From Octopus sinensis (lineage: Eukaryota), in contig NC_043003.1 in assembly GCF_006345805.1 (NCBI RefSeq), positions 7,316,001-7,380,000 of the forward strand: a DNA stretch of 64,000 nucleotides, read 5' to 3'. Position 1 is the stretch's first letter, and each line of letters opens with the position of its first letter. The position numbers and the translations under genes were made by a program. Positions 13,441 through 24,918 of the stretch are shown in pieces. A model generated the notes under the pieces. That model had not been told where the DNA came from and made no database searches. It saw nothing but the letters and a program-made list of their open reading frames with translations.

Positions 13441-14296
13441 CAGGCAAGGTAAGAAGCTTGCTTCCCAACCACATGGTTCTGGGTTCAGTCCCACTATATG
13501 GCACCTTGGGCAAGTGTCTTCTACTGTAGCTTCAGGCCGACCAAAGCCTTGTGAGTGGATTTCAGAAACTGAAAGAAGCCTGTCATGTATACATATGTGT
13601 GTGTGTTTGTATTTGTCCCCACCACCATTGCTTGACAACTAATGGTGGTGTGTTTATGTCCCCATAGCTTAGCAGTTCAGCAAAAGAAACCGAAAGTAAG
13701 TTCTGGGGTCGATTTGCTCAACTAAAGATGATGCTCCAGCATGGCTGTAGTCATCTGACTGAAACAAGTAAAAGAACAAAAGAATATGTGTGTACATTCC
13801 TATGTAGGTCAAGCCATTACTTCTCTGCATTGGGAAGTCACAGCTCTGGTATTACAAACATGTGATTAGAATGTTGTGAAAAAGAACCACAAGACAGATT
13901 CTTCAAGCTGAGCCAAATGGCAGGAGTTCAAAGGGTGGACAAAGAATAAGGTGCTTGCATAATATCCATAGTCTCATTTGGTTGTGCTTGGGAATCCATC
14001 TGGGGAGTGTAATGGCAGTTGCTTGTGATAGAATTCTAAAGGGGTGTCTGAGGAATCTACCCCTATGACCCTCCAAGAAATAGTGGGTTGGAGAAGATGA
14101 CCGGATGGATATATATATATGTATATATATATAGATGGTGCTGGTGTGACCATGATGGTTAAGAAATCACACTTTTCAATTTCATGCTTTTGAGTTCAAT
14201 TTCATTGCGTGCCACCTTAGGCAAGCACCTTTTATTATCATTCTAGGCCAATCAAGAATGTGTATAAGTCTATATATGGGAGAGTAGGTAGATAAA

Positions 14297-14828
14297 CGAG
14301 GGTGAGTCAAAAAATAATACCATTTTGTTTAGGATAGGTATAATTACCAACACAGGAACATGTATCATACATCAAAATGAAGCTGGTCCTCTGCAGATCA
14401 CATCCCTCCTTCTCAACATAGTCACCGTTTCTCTCAATGGCAATGTTCCACCTTCAAATGAGAGCATAAAATTTCCCATAAAATTCTGTTGACTGTTCTT
14501 TGAGCCACTTCTTCACTACCTCGTCACTGGAATAATGTTTGCTTCTTAAACCTTCTTTCATGGGGCCGAAGAGATGATAGTCTGAAGGCGCTAAGTCTGG
14601 TGATTGTGGAGGTAGTGAAGAAGTGGCTCAAAGAACAGTCAACAGAATTTTATGAGGCAGGGATGCACACTCTAATTCGAAGGTGGAACATTGCTATTGA
14701 GAGAAATGTTGAGAAGTAGGGATGTGATCCACAGAGGACCACCTTCATTTTGATGCATGATACATGTTCCTGTGTTGGTAATTATACCTGTCCTAAACAA
14801 AATGGCATTACCTTTTGACTCACCCTCA
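14297..14828. mobile_element. Mariner-derived palindromic (foldback) non-autonomous element
   Basis: Termini CGAGGGTGAGTCAAAA / TTTTGACTCACCCTCA; about 220-bp inverted arms; transposase remnant SPDLAPSDYHLFGPMKEGL on the - strand at 14521-14609. Confidence 0.88.
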
Positions 14829-16197
14829 AATGTAAAAAAAAAATTGTGTATCCCAGCATCTGTCCTGTTCATATTCATTGCAACTCCTAAAATTGTGAAA
14901 TATGGGTTTTGTTTTTTGTTCTCTTGAAAAAGTGCAAGTTTAACCCAGATCCTCTAATTGCAGTGTTTAGCTGTTTCCTTTTGAAAATCCCAGTGGTTGA
15001 TATCTGCTCCATTTCTATGTAACAGAATCTTGATAACGATGCAATGCTAACTACGTGTTTTCCCTTAAAATCACAATCATTCTCATGTTTCGTTTACCGA
15101 CTAATGATAACGAATTACTCAAAGTGATCTGTGTTATTTCCTTTCATATGGGGCTAGAGTTACACTTGAATTACAGGTGCATTGAAATAGCCATCGATGT
15201 ATTATACTTAATGTAGATACAACATTGATAGGCCAGTTACTACAGTATTTTTCCTGAGATAACATCTCTATCAGAGACAGGAAAAGTCATCCCAGCAGCA
15301 GCAGCAGCTAGCAAGGGTGCCTGTTGCATTTTGGTCTCTCTGGGCATTCTCAGTGGCACATTGCCAGCTCCTTCCAATCCGTCCAATCTTTGCCAGCATT
15401 GAAGAAGGACATGAAATGGTAGTGATGATGATGATGATGATGGTGCAGTTAGCCACATGCTCGGACAAGAATTCATCATCTTTTATATCTTTTATCATCA
15501 TCATCATCCTCATCGTTTAACGTCTGCCTTCCATGCTAGCATGGGTTGGACGATTTGACTGAGGGCTGGCGAACCAGATGGCTGCACCAGGCTCCAGTCT
15601 TGATCTGGCAGAGTTTCTACAGCTCGATGCCCTTCCCAACACCAACCACTCCAAGAGTGTAGTGGGTGCTTTTATGTCCCACCGGCACGGGGTCAGTCAG
15701 GCGGCACTGGCAATGATCTCGCTTTCACTTGTTTCAGTTATTGGACTGTGGCCAAGCTGGGGCACTGCCTTGAAGAATTTTTTGCTGATTGAATTAACCC
15801 CAGTAGATATTTTTTTTTAATGCTTGGCACTTGTTCTCTTTGTCTCTTTTGCCGAACCACTAATGCACATGGTTGTAAACACACCAACACCGGTTGTCAA
15901 GCAGTTGTGGGAGACAAACACAAAGGTACACATAAATATATGCATATATATATGATAGGCGTCTTTCAGTTTTCATCTACCAAATCCACTCACAAGGCTT
16001 TGGTCAGCATGTGTCTATAGTAGAAGATACATGCCTAAGGTGCCATGCAGCGGGACTGAACCCAGAACCATGTGATTTGGAAATAAGCTTCTTACCACAA
16101 CCATGCGTGTACTTATATATATATATCTGCCAGCATGGAAAGCGGACATTAAACAGTGATGATAATGATGATGATACATACATACATATATAAATAA

Positions 16198-17260
16198 TCA
16201 TCATTTAACGTCCGCTTTCCATGCTGGCATGGGTTGGACAATTTGACTGAGGTCTGGAGAGCCAGCAGTTGCACCAGGCTCCAATCGGCTCTATCAAGGT
16301 GGATGCCCTTCCTAACGGCAACCACTCTGAGAGTGTAGTGGGCGGTTTTTATGTGCCACTGGCACGGGAGCCAGTCAGGGAGCACTGGCATTGACCATGT
16401 TTGGATGGTGCTTTTTACATGCTGCCAGCACAGGAGCCAGTCAAGGGTACTGGCATCAACCACGTTCAGATGGTGCTTTTTACGTTCCACTGGCACGAGA
16501 GCCAGTCAGGCGGCACTTTCTTCAACCCACACTTGAATGGTGCTTATTACATGCTACTAGCACAGGTGCCAGTCAAGCAGCACTAGCATTTGCCACAACT
16601 TCGATTTCACTTGACTCAACAGGTCTTCTCAAGCACAGCGTGTTGCCCAGAAATTCAAGGGTACTTTTAAATGGGCTGGTCATGTGACACTGGTATAGGC
16701 CACAGCTGTGATCTCACTTTACTTGCTGAGTCTTCTCAATCACAGCATATCTCCAAAAGTCTCAGTCTCTTGTCATTGCCCCTGTGAGGCTCAATGTTTG
16801 AAGGTCATGCTTCACCATCTCATCCCATGTCTTCCTGGGTCTACCTTTTCCACAGGTTTCTTTCACTGTTAGGGTGTGACATTTCTTCACACAGCTGTCC
16901 TCATCCATATGCAGCATGACCATACCAGCACAGTCGTTTCTCTTGCACACCACATCTGATGCTTCCTATGTCCAGTTTTTTTCTCAAGGCACTTACACTG
17001 TCATGTATGCACACTGACATTACACATCCAGCGGATCATACTAACTTCCTTTCTTTCAAGCCTATGCATGTCCTCAACAGTCACGGCCCATGTTTCACTG
17101 TTGTGTAGCATGGCTGTTCACACAGAGACATCATATAGTCTACCTTTCACTCTGAGCAAGAAGCCCTTTGTTATCAGCAGAGGTAGGAGCTTTCTAAACT
17201 TTGCCCAGGCTATTCATATTCTAGTGACTGTGCTCTCCATGCATCCACCCCCACTACAAT
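16198..17260 (-). mobile_element. RTE-like LINE 3' portion: ORF remnant, tandem-repeat 3' UTR and (GAT)n tail (family C, longest copy)
   Basis: GKGRPRKTWDEMVKHDL remnant (16762-16953) runs into about 40-bp subrepeats and the GGCGTTAGGAAGGGCATCC...GGACGTTAAA(GAT)n end. Confidence 0.8.
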
Positions 17261-20150
17261 ACATTGCAAGAATATATTGGTGCTCTCTTAAATGTTAACA
17301 CAGGCGCAGGAGTGGCTGTGTGGTAAGTAGCTTGCTTACCAACCACATGGTCCTGGGTTCAGTCCCACTACGTGGCATTTTGGGCAAGTGTCTTCTGCTA
17401 TAGCCTCGGGCTGACCAAAGCCTTGTGAGTGGATTTGGTAGACAGAAACTGGAAGAATCCCATTGTATATGTGTGTGTGTGTGTTTGTCCCTCCAACATC
17501 GCTTGACAACCAATGCTGGTGTGTTTATGTCCCCCATAACTTAGCGGTTCGGCAAAAGAGACTGATAAAATAAATACTAGGCTTACAAAAGAATAAGCTC
17601 TGGGATCGATTTGCTCGACTAAAAGCACTGCTCCAGCATGGCCGCAATCAAATAACTGAAACAAGTAAAATAAAATAAAAAATAAATAAATAATCTGTTA
17701 GAGCAAGCTGTTATCTCCTCATTATGAACTAGGATCTTCTCTCTGTAGATTCAAAACCATGAAGAGCCATTTTGGTCTTTCATGTGCTGCCCATTCTCTA
17801 TATTCTAAGGCTGTCCAATTCCTCATATTACCTTCTATCGACATAATTCTTGGTTTCCCTCACTCCCTTTTTATCACATTCATTTTCTCTTCTATTAACA
17901 ATCTCTTCTTTTCTCTCATATCCAAAATATCCTAATTGTCTTTCTTTGATCATGTCCAGTAAAATTTTCTTAGTTTTTTTGCCATTCTTAGTCCTTATTT
18001 CAGTGTTGGTTTTGTGTTCTGTCAGCTCATCAAATTCTCATACCTTAAAGGTTTGTCACCTTCATCATTATTTTAATGTCCACTTTTCCATGTTTGTGTG
18101 GGCTGGATGGAACTTGTTGAAGATTTCAATGTATCAGTTCTTATATATTTCTTTATTGCCCACAAGGGGCTAAACATAGAGGGGACAAACAAGGACAGAC
18201 AAACGGATTAAGTCGATTACATCGACCCAGTGCATAACTGGTATTTATTTAATCGACCTCGAAAGGATGAAAGGCAAAGTCAACCTCGGCGGAATTTGAA
18301 CTTAGAACGTAACGACAGACGAAATACCACAAAGCATTTCGCCCGGTGTGCTAACGATTCTGCCAGATCACCACCTTTATATCAGTTCTTATAATCTATT
18401 CATGTCATTTAGAGTTGATGCTATGGAGAATAACCTTTCTTCCTTTGTTTTAGTAAACCATCCGGTTGGAATGTAACCAAGTAATAATTTTATTCTCATA
18501 TTTATATATTGCCATCCTACCACTGTAAACAACTTGTAGAGTTACCATATTTTTACCTGGTGCCAGTGCTACATAATAAAGCACCTATGCCAGAAACATT
18601 TATAAAACGTCCATGCCGATTCTGTATAAAAAGCACCTGTGCTGGCACCTTGTAAAAATCACCCAGTACACTCTGCAAAATGGTTGGCGTTAGGAAGAGC
18701 ATCCAGCCGTAGAAACCATTCTGAAATAGACTGAAGCCTGGTATAGCCCTCTGGCTGCCAGCTCCTGTCAAATCGTCCAACCCATGCCAGCATGGAAAAT
18801 TTTACGTCAAATGATGATGTCGTAGTAGCAGTAAAAGACGCATGGGGTATATTAGACCCACCCCAATTCCAGCTGTGCATATGCAAGGGAAGAGTTTTTA
18901 GGGCATTGAACTTTATAGGAGACCCCAACTTCGCATATGGAACAATGGGATGATTTCTCGAGACACTTTTTTGGAAAAAAGAGTGCGTCTTCATGCCACC
19001 TGATACCATGGTTTGGCACTTCACTGAGCCTTTTTCTTTTCCTTCCCTTTTTACCTACTTAATGCCAAGTCATCTCTGATCGAGCAAATTTATCAAAAGC
19101 GTTCCACCCATGTCCATCCTTTCGTTTCGTATATCAGAAACTACACTGTGTGATGATGATGAGGATTTGGCTGTTATTACATGCAGGTCTTCGTTCAAAC
19201 AGATGTGTCTTGTATTATTTTCAGTGCATAAGGAAGCAAGCTAGCAGAATCGTTAGCACAACGGGCGAAATGCTGAGTGGTATTTCGTTTGCCACTATGT
19301 TCTGAGTTCAACTTTGCCTTTCATCCTTTCGGGGTCAATTAAATAAGTACCAGTTATGCACTGGGGTCGATATATTCGACTTAATCCATTTGTCTTTCCT
19401 TGTTTGTCCTCCCTGTGTTTAGCCCCTTGTGGGTAGTAAAGAAATAAGTATTTCGTCTGTCTTTACATTCTGAGTTCAAATTCCACCGAGGTCGACTTTG
19501 CCTTTCATCCTTTCGGGGTCGATCAAAAATAGTTACCAGTTATGCACTCGGGTCGATATAATCGACTTAATCCGTTTGTCTGTCCCCTCTGTGTGTAGCC
19601 CCTTGTGGGCAGTAAAGAAATAGGTATTTCGTTTGTCTTTACATTCTGAGTTCAAATTCCGCCGAGGTCGACTTTGCATTTCATCCTTCCGGGGTCGATA
19701 AATTAAGTACCAGTGGTGTACAGGGGTCGATCTAATCGACTGCCTGGTTTCCCCAAAAATTCTGAGCCTTGTGCCTAGAGTAGAAAAAAATTATTTTCAG
19801 TGCCTACCGAATATTTGCAAAAGTTGTGTTGCTAAATGTGCCATATTACCTAACTCGAAGATCGAACTTCAGTACTAAACTTAATGAACGTTTACACCCT
19901 GCTTCCGTTAATCCTCTAAAAAAGAAAAAAAAAAAAAGCGATCCAGTTGTAGAATACTAAACCGACATGAGAAGTATAGAATCTTGTTTTCACCATACAA
20001 AAGGTCTCGGATTTATAGAGAAATAAACATGAGATGTTGTGAAATTCATGCCTGTTCCAAAGTTTATCAGTGCAACTGTAGTAGTTCCAAGCAGTACTCG
20101 AAGCTGCAGATTCGGATAGGTCTGGGATTACCTCTTAACTTGCCTTTTCG

Positions 20151-20588
20151 GATCTTTTCGGTTTGAACGGCAGTTTTTTCTAGTGGTGTCATATGAAATT
20201 GTCACCTATAATTATGACCCTAGTATTGATCTATTGCATTTCAATCTGTTTTAGGGTTAGGGTTAGTGTTAGGGGTGGAGGGAAGGGTATCTTTTTTTTT
20301 CTTCAGAAATGTAAATAGACCCAATTTGTTTCTTAAACGAGGGACATATTCATACGGCGCAGAATGTTTTTTTTTTTTTACCTCAATAGACGCCATTGAT
20401 TGGTTGAAATTGCAGAAATTGAAGAAAAAAAACAACAAATATCTTACAAAGTATAGAATTTTCTCAATAAAACCAAAAGAAAAAGATGCTTTTATAAACA
20501 GATTCTACCAGTATACGAAGTTTTAAAAGTGTTTAGTTAGGTGGAAATTATTTAAAAAAAAAAACTGCCGTTCAAACCGAAAAAGATC
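20151..20588. mobile_element. MITE with about 29-bp TIRs and internal TTAGGG repeats, unclassified
   Basis: GATCTTTTCGGTTTGAACGGCAGTTTTTT and its reverse complement (one indel) at the two ends. Confidence 0.8.
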
Positions 20589-20599
20589 GTAAATATTTA

Positions 20600-20800
20600 A
20601 TAGATGTTCGGCCGGGATGGCATTTGTGGAAGCGTTGGAATGGAGTGGCCCGAGAGTCAGAGAGAGTGAGAGAGTGAAGAACGGCCGCCGGTGACGACCG
20701 AATGCCGACCTTTGCACACTGCTCTCAATCGACGAAGAAAGCACCAGGCCGAAGAAATCGTGTGCAAAAAATGTCCTACACACGGCACTTAGTTTTCAGC
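20600..20800 (+). promoter_or_regulatory. CpG-rich candidate promoter of the ZnT1-like gene with metal-response elements
   Basis: Non-repeat GC/CpG-rich patch. TGCACAC at 20713-20719 (+) and 20760-20766 (-); near-match TACACACGGCAC at 20777-20788; GA-rich run near 20652-20677; Inr-like TTAGTT at 20789-20794. Confidence 0.6.
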
Positions 20801-20933
20801 CGAACCCACTCTCGCTGGACGTAGTTAAGGGTTTATCTTGCTCCGCTGTTTATCTCGAGCGTTATCTCCCAACTGAATTCAAAAAAACTTCTATAATTAT
20901 CTGTGATAATCCAACGTTTTTCCTGCTCGCAAC
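20791..20933 (+). other. Putative non-coding first exon (5' UTR) of the ZnT1-like gene
   Basis: ATG-free segment after the Inr-like site, ending at a consensus donor GTAAGT (20934). The start-codon exon has an acceptor 15 nt before its ATG, so an upstream exon is expected. The start coordinate is a guess. Confidence 0.55.
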
Positions 20934-23689
20934 GTAAGTAAACGTTACCGCCATCCTCTCACAACCAACTATTACGCTCTCCTCTGACGGTGATAAGTAT
21001 TTTCTAGTCTCCTATTCTCTTTTCACCCTTCACTAACTACATCCACTGTTCGCCTTTTAAATGTACTCCGTTAAAGATGTATATATATTCAATGTTGTTT
21101 GTGTAGAAAAGAAGAAATAGGGAAGTGTCCTTTCTACATATGTTTTTCCTTTTGGTAATAACCTCATCTCTTGTGTAATTTGCGTCGTCACGTAATATCC
21201 GTTATGCTTCTCTTCAACCACCAACCGGTGCACTTTCCCTTTATAAATCATTCCTTTTACAACACTGAAATATTTTTTATCTATGTTTATTTTACTGTTT
21301 AAATTATTATTATTATTAATATTATTATAGGTTGGGAACGTTAAAAAAGGGGGGAAAAATACTAATGCTGCATCGATTTAGAAGGTCTCTACTCTCTAGA
21401 GTGATAAATCGGAAATGATTAAGAGTACTTGCCAATTAACCGTCTTGGTGCGTGTTTCTATTACTGAGAAACGAATGAGTGTCACAGCCTCCATTTTCCC
21501 CCTCCTAACAATCTTTCATCGTAATTCTCGTTTATGTAAGAGATAAACAATAAATATTTCTCCTCTCCTTCGTCATGGCCTTTCCCCGTTAGCCGTGGCT
21601 AGCATCTTAGTTCGATAAATGTTTAAAAAAAAATCAAAACCGGACTCTATTTACAAGTAAGCCTCTCACACACTTTTCTCTCCGTAATATTTTCCAAAGC
21701 CGCAACTGACTTGAAAACCCAAGACGATGTGGCCAGAGCTAATACCAATAATAACTGAATAAACGATTTAATCATAAACCAGTTTGACTTTACATATAAT
21801 AAAATATATCCTGCGCCTCTCTCTCTCCCCTCCTCTTTATTCTCTACGTTCAAGCTCTCTTTATTCTCTCTCTCATGACCCATCACATTTATCATTTATT
21901 TTCTCTCGCTTTTTTATTTCTCTAAACCCGTAATGTACACGATAATACTCGTTCTCTTTACATATTTATTGGGTTGTGTGAGTAAATTGCTTGTCAAATT
22001 ATTTGGCTTCTCTTTGTAAGACACGTTACAATCCCCCTCTTTCTCCTATATAGGTGCGTGTGTTTGTCTCTTAGAGATGTGTGAATGTAAGTAGTGTATA
22101 GCTTTGTAAATGTATGTGTGAAAGTTAATATATATATATGTATGTATGTGTAATGTATACGTGATCACGCTATTATGTGTGCGTTTATCTTTCAACTTAT
22201 ATCCTACTCCATGACATGTCTTATCACGAGGTGTTATTAAATGGTTGTGGGAGTGGAGTGGGGGGATAACGTAATTATTCTACTCTTGTCTTCGTTTATG
22301 TATCTATTATACGATAATGGGGAAGGGGGTGTCTTTTTTTTTCTTCTTCTTTCGTCTATATGCACGTGCTTGCTAAAAACATTCATAAACATAAAACAGG
22401 CAAGAAAATGCACGTTACCCATTTATGTGTGTATATTTTTGTGTGTGTGTGTGTGGGGGGTATGTATATTCGTGAATGGTGTGTGTATATTCGTAGGCAT
22501 AAAGCTTTAAATGTCCTCTTTTCCGCAATATCAACTTTCCGATATTTTCTGTTTGTTTTCGATCGACAAATTTATATCTTAATTCTAGCTTTTGTTTTGT
22601 GTTGCTGAGAGGCTCAGGTACAAGGACCATCATCCGTGGCTCTTTTAGGCTCTCAAACTAAGTTCGCAGAGTTGATGCTAAAACTTCTGTAAATCGGTAT
22701 TTGGCAGTGAAGTCAAGGTGGTGAGTTGGAAGAAATGTTAGCACGCGAAATGCTTCGCGGTATTTCGTTTGCCGCTACGTTGCGAGTTCAAATTCCGCCG
22801 AGGTTGACTTTGCCTTTCATCCTTTCGGGGTCGATTAAATAAGTACCAGTTACGTACTGGGGTCGATATAATCGACTTAATCCGTTTGGCCCCTTGTGGA
22901 TAGTAAAGAAATAGGTATTTGGTAGTGAAGAGCATGCAGAAGAGAGTGCGGTTCCGGGAAGAGGAGACGGCGGTGCCAAGTCCGAAGAGTTGGACTGAGA
23001 TATAGTATGAGTAATGAGGGGGTGCATAAGGAAAAAGTGGGGGTGGATGGTAATGCTTTTGCATGAGTCGATATACAGCATGTTCATAGAGACTATTTTT
23101 TTTAGGAAAAGGAAACAATATAGGATGATTGTGTGAACGAGTGGTGACTGTCGGAATCTCCAAAAGTGAGAGAGAGAAAGATATTAATGTTGATAGAATC
23201 AACATTAATATCTTGGACTGATTTTTAATCAATCTTCTGTCTTGGTGATTCTTCTACTAGCATAATTTCGATGATTTAATGACGTGTAGAGAAAGAAGCT
23301 AGCTATCAAGTTTTGGGAGTTATGACATTACAGGACTTTCCCCGCAGCTTCTCCAAATTTAACTTCGACAAAACTCAATAAATCGATTACAAATAAGTAC
23401 GGCTCTCTGCAACTGACTGAAATTGTACATTTTGAATTTTGAGTTTAATTCTGAGAGTTAGTAATTATTACTTGTGGCGGTGGTAGTGGTGGGGTATGTT
23501 CTAAAACAATGTTTGTAGAAATAGGAACGATAGATAATAGATAGGTGTGATGGAAACAGATGGTATGTTGCTCAACCTGATAAACGTCTATTCCAGTACA
23601 TGCACACCAATCGCAAAGCAACGGTATGACAGCAATTTATTTAGAATATGAAGTGGAAGTCAACAGTGTTAGTTCTGGAGATATTAAAA

Positions 23690-24043
23690 TCTATATATAT
23701 ATAAACGGCAAAATGTCTGTCTGTGTGTGTGTGTCCTTTATACAAATCCACAATTTTTCAGTTAGAGGGCTCGCACTTTTTATGGTCATTCAAAACTGTC
23801 CAAGGGTGATCGTGCACATCTTTACATTTCCCCAGTCACCTCACAAAGCCATTAAAAAATCAATAGAAGTGACTTTTTTGTGAATTTTCTATCCAAAACC
23901 CAATCAAAATGCCCGAAACTTGATACGCCAATTGAATGCCAGCTAGCTGTATGTGATTGGTCGGAGATTTGGACAGTACTCGCATGTATGTGCGCATGCA
24001 TGCACTAGCACTATGACCCGGTGTTGCCGAGTCATAGTGCTAG
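23690..24043 (+). mobile_element. Non-autonomous Helitron-like element
   Basis: A|TC start; terminal hairpin with perfect 13-bp arms (24005-24017 / 24031-24043) ending CTAG|T. Confidence 0.7.
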
Positions 24044-24697
24044 TCCTAGATATGACTTTAAACTGCATCCAATAATGGAGGGGTGTGGACCCATCTTTTA
24101 GCCAATATTGTTCCCTGGTCTAGCATCCATCAAGGTCCCAGGTATGGGTTAATTAGCAAATGAGTTGGCCGGATGGAGCTTGTTAACTTAGATTTGGGGG
24201 CAACCCATTTGTGGAGAAGGAAAGCCTTGATTCCAAACCTTTGCAGCATTGTGACCATACCTAGCCATGGAAAAGGTTTTGGGGATAAACTCTGGTGAAG
24301 AATCAAGTCAGAACTCCTGAGACAGTTTCTGGCAACTCTTGCTACAATACAAGCGCCAATGTTGTTTCTTTGGATCCCTCAGTGATGTGGAGATGGGGGA
24401 CATGCTGCATGGGTAACAACCTGTCATCCATGTGATATTGCCATGGTTTGGATCCTGTTGAATACCCTATCCTGGAGAGAGAGAGAAAGAAGGACACTAA
24501 AAGTCAGACAATACTGGTACAGCCCACAAGTGCGGATGATGTGGCAGAGACTACCGTTCACACATTGGTCTGTTCAACCACAGACAACACTGTTACAATA
24601 GGGTGGAGAGCTGGGACCCTCCTGTTTGGTAATTAATGATAGACAGGTCGCAAAAGAGGAAGTCTGTAATCCCAGGCCCTGACTGCGTTAATTATGG

Positions 24698-24918
24698 TCT
24701 CCTCTTCTGGCTCATTCAAGGATGATCTCCTCTTCTGGCTCATTCAAGGATGATCTCCTCTTCTGGCTCATTCAAGGATGATCTCCTCTTCTGGCTCATT
24801 CAAGGATGATCTCTTCTGGCTCATTCAAGGATGATCTCCTCTTCTGGCTCATTCAAGGATGATCTCCTCTTCTGGCTCATTCAAAGATGATCTCCTCTTC
24901 TAGCTCATTCAAGGATGA
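24698..24918. repeat. 28-bp minisatellite, 8 units (TCTCCTCTTCTGGCTCATTCAAGGATGA)
   Basis: Head-to-tail units without spacers; unit 5 lacks 3 nt; units 7 and 8 have one substitution each. Confidence 0.97.

Noticed and set aside
20250-20282. Interstitial telomere (TTAGGG)
   Set aside because: Only two to three units, internal to a TIR element
24045-24650. Possible RTE 5' region with an HDV-like ribozyme
   Set aside because: Resembles a decayed LINE 5' end, but I could not fold a convincing nested double pseudoknot by eye
24698-24918. CRISPR-like 28-bp repeat array
   Set aside because: No spacers, no cas genes, eukaryotic context; it is a minisatellite
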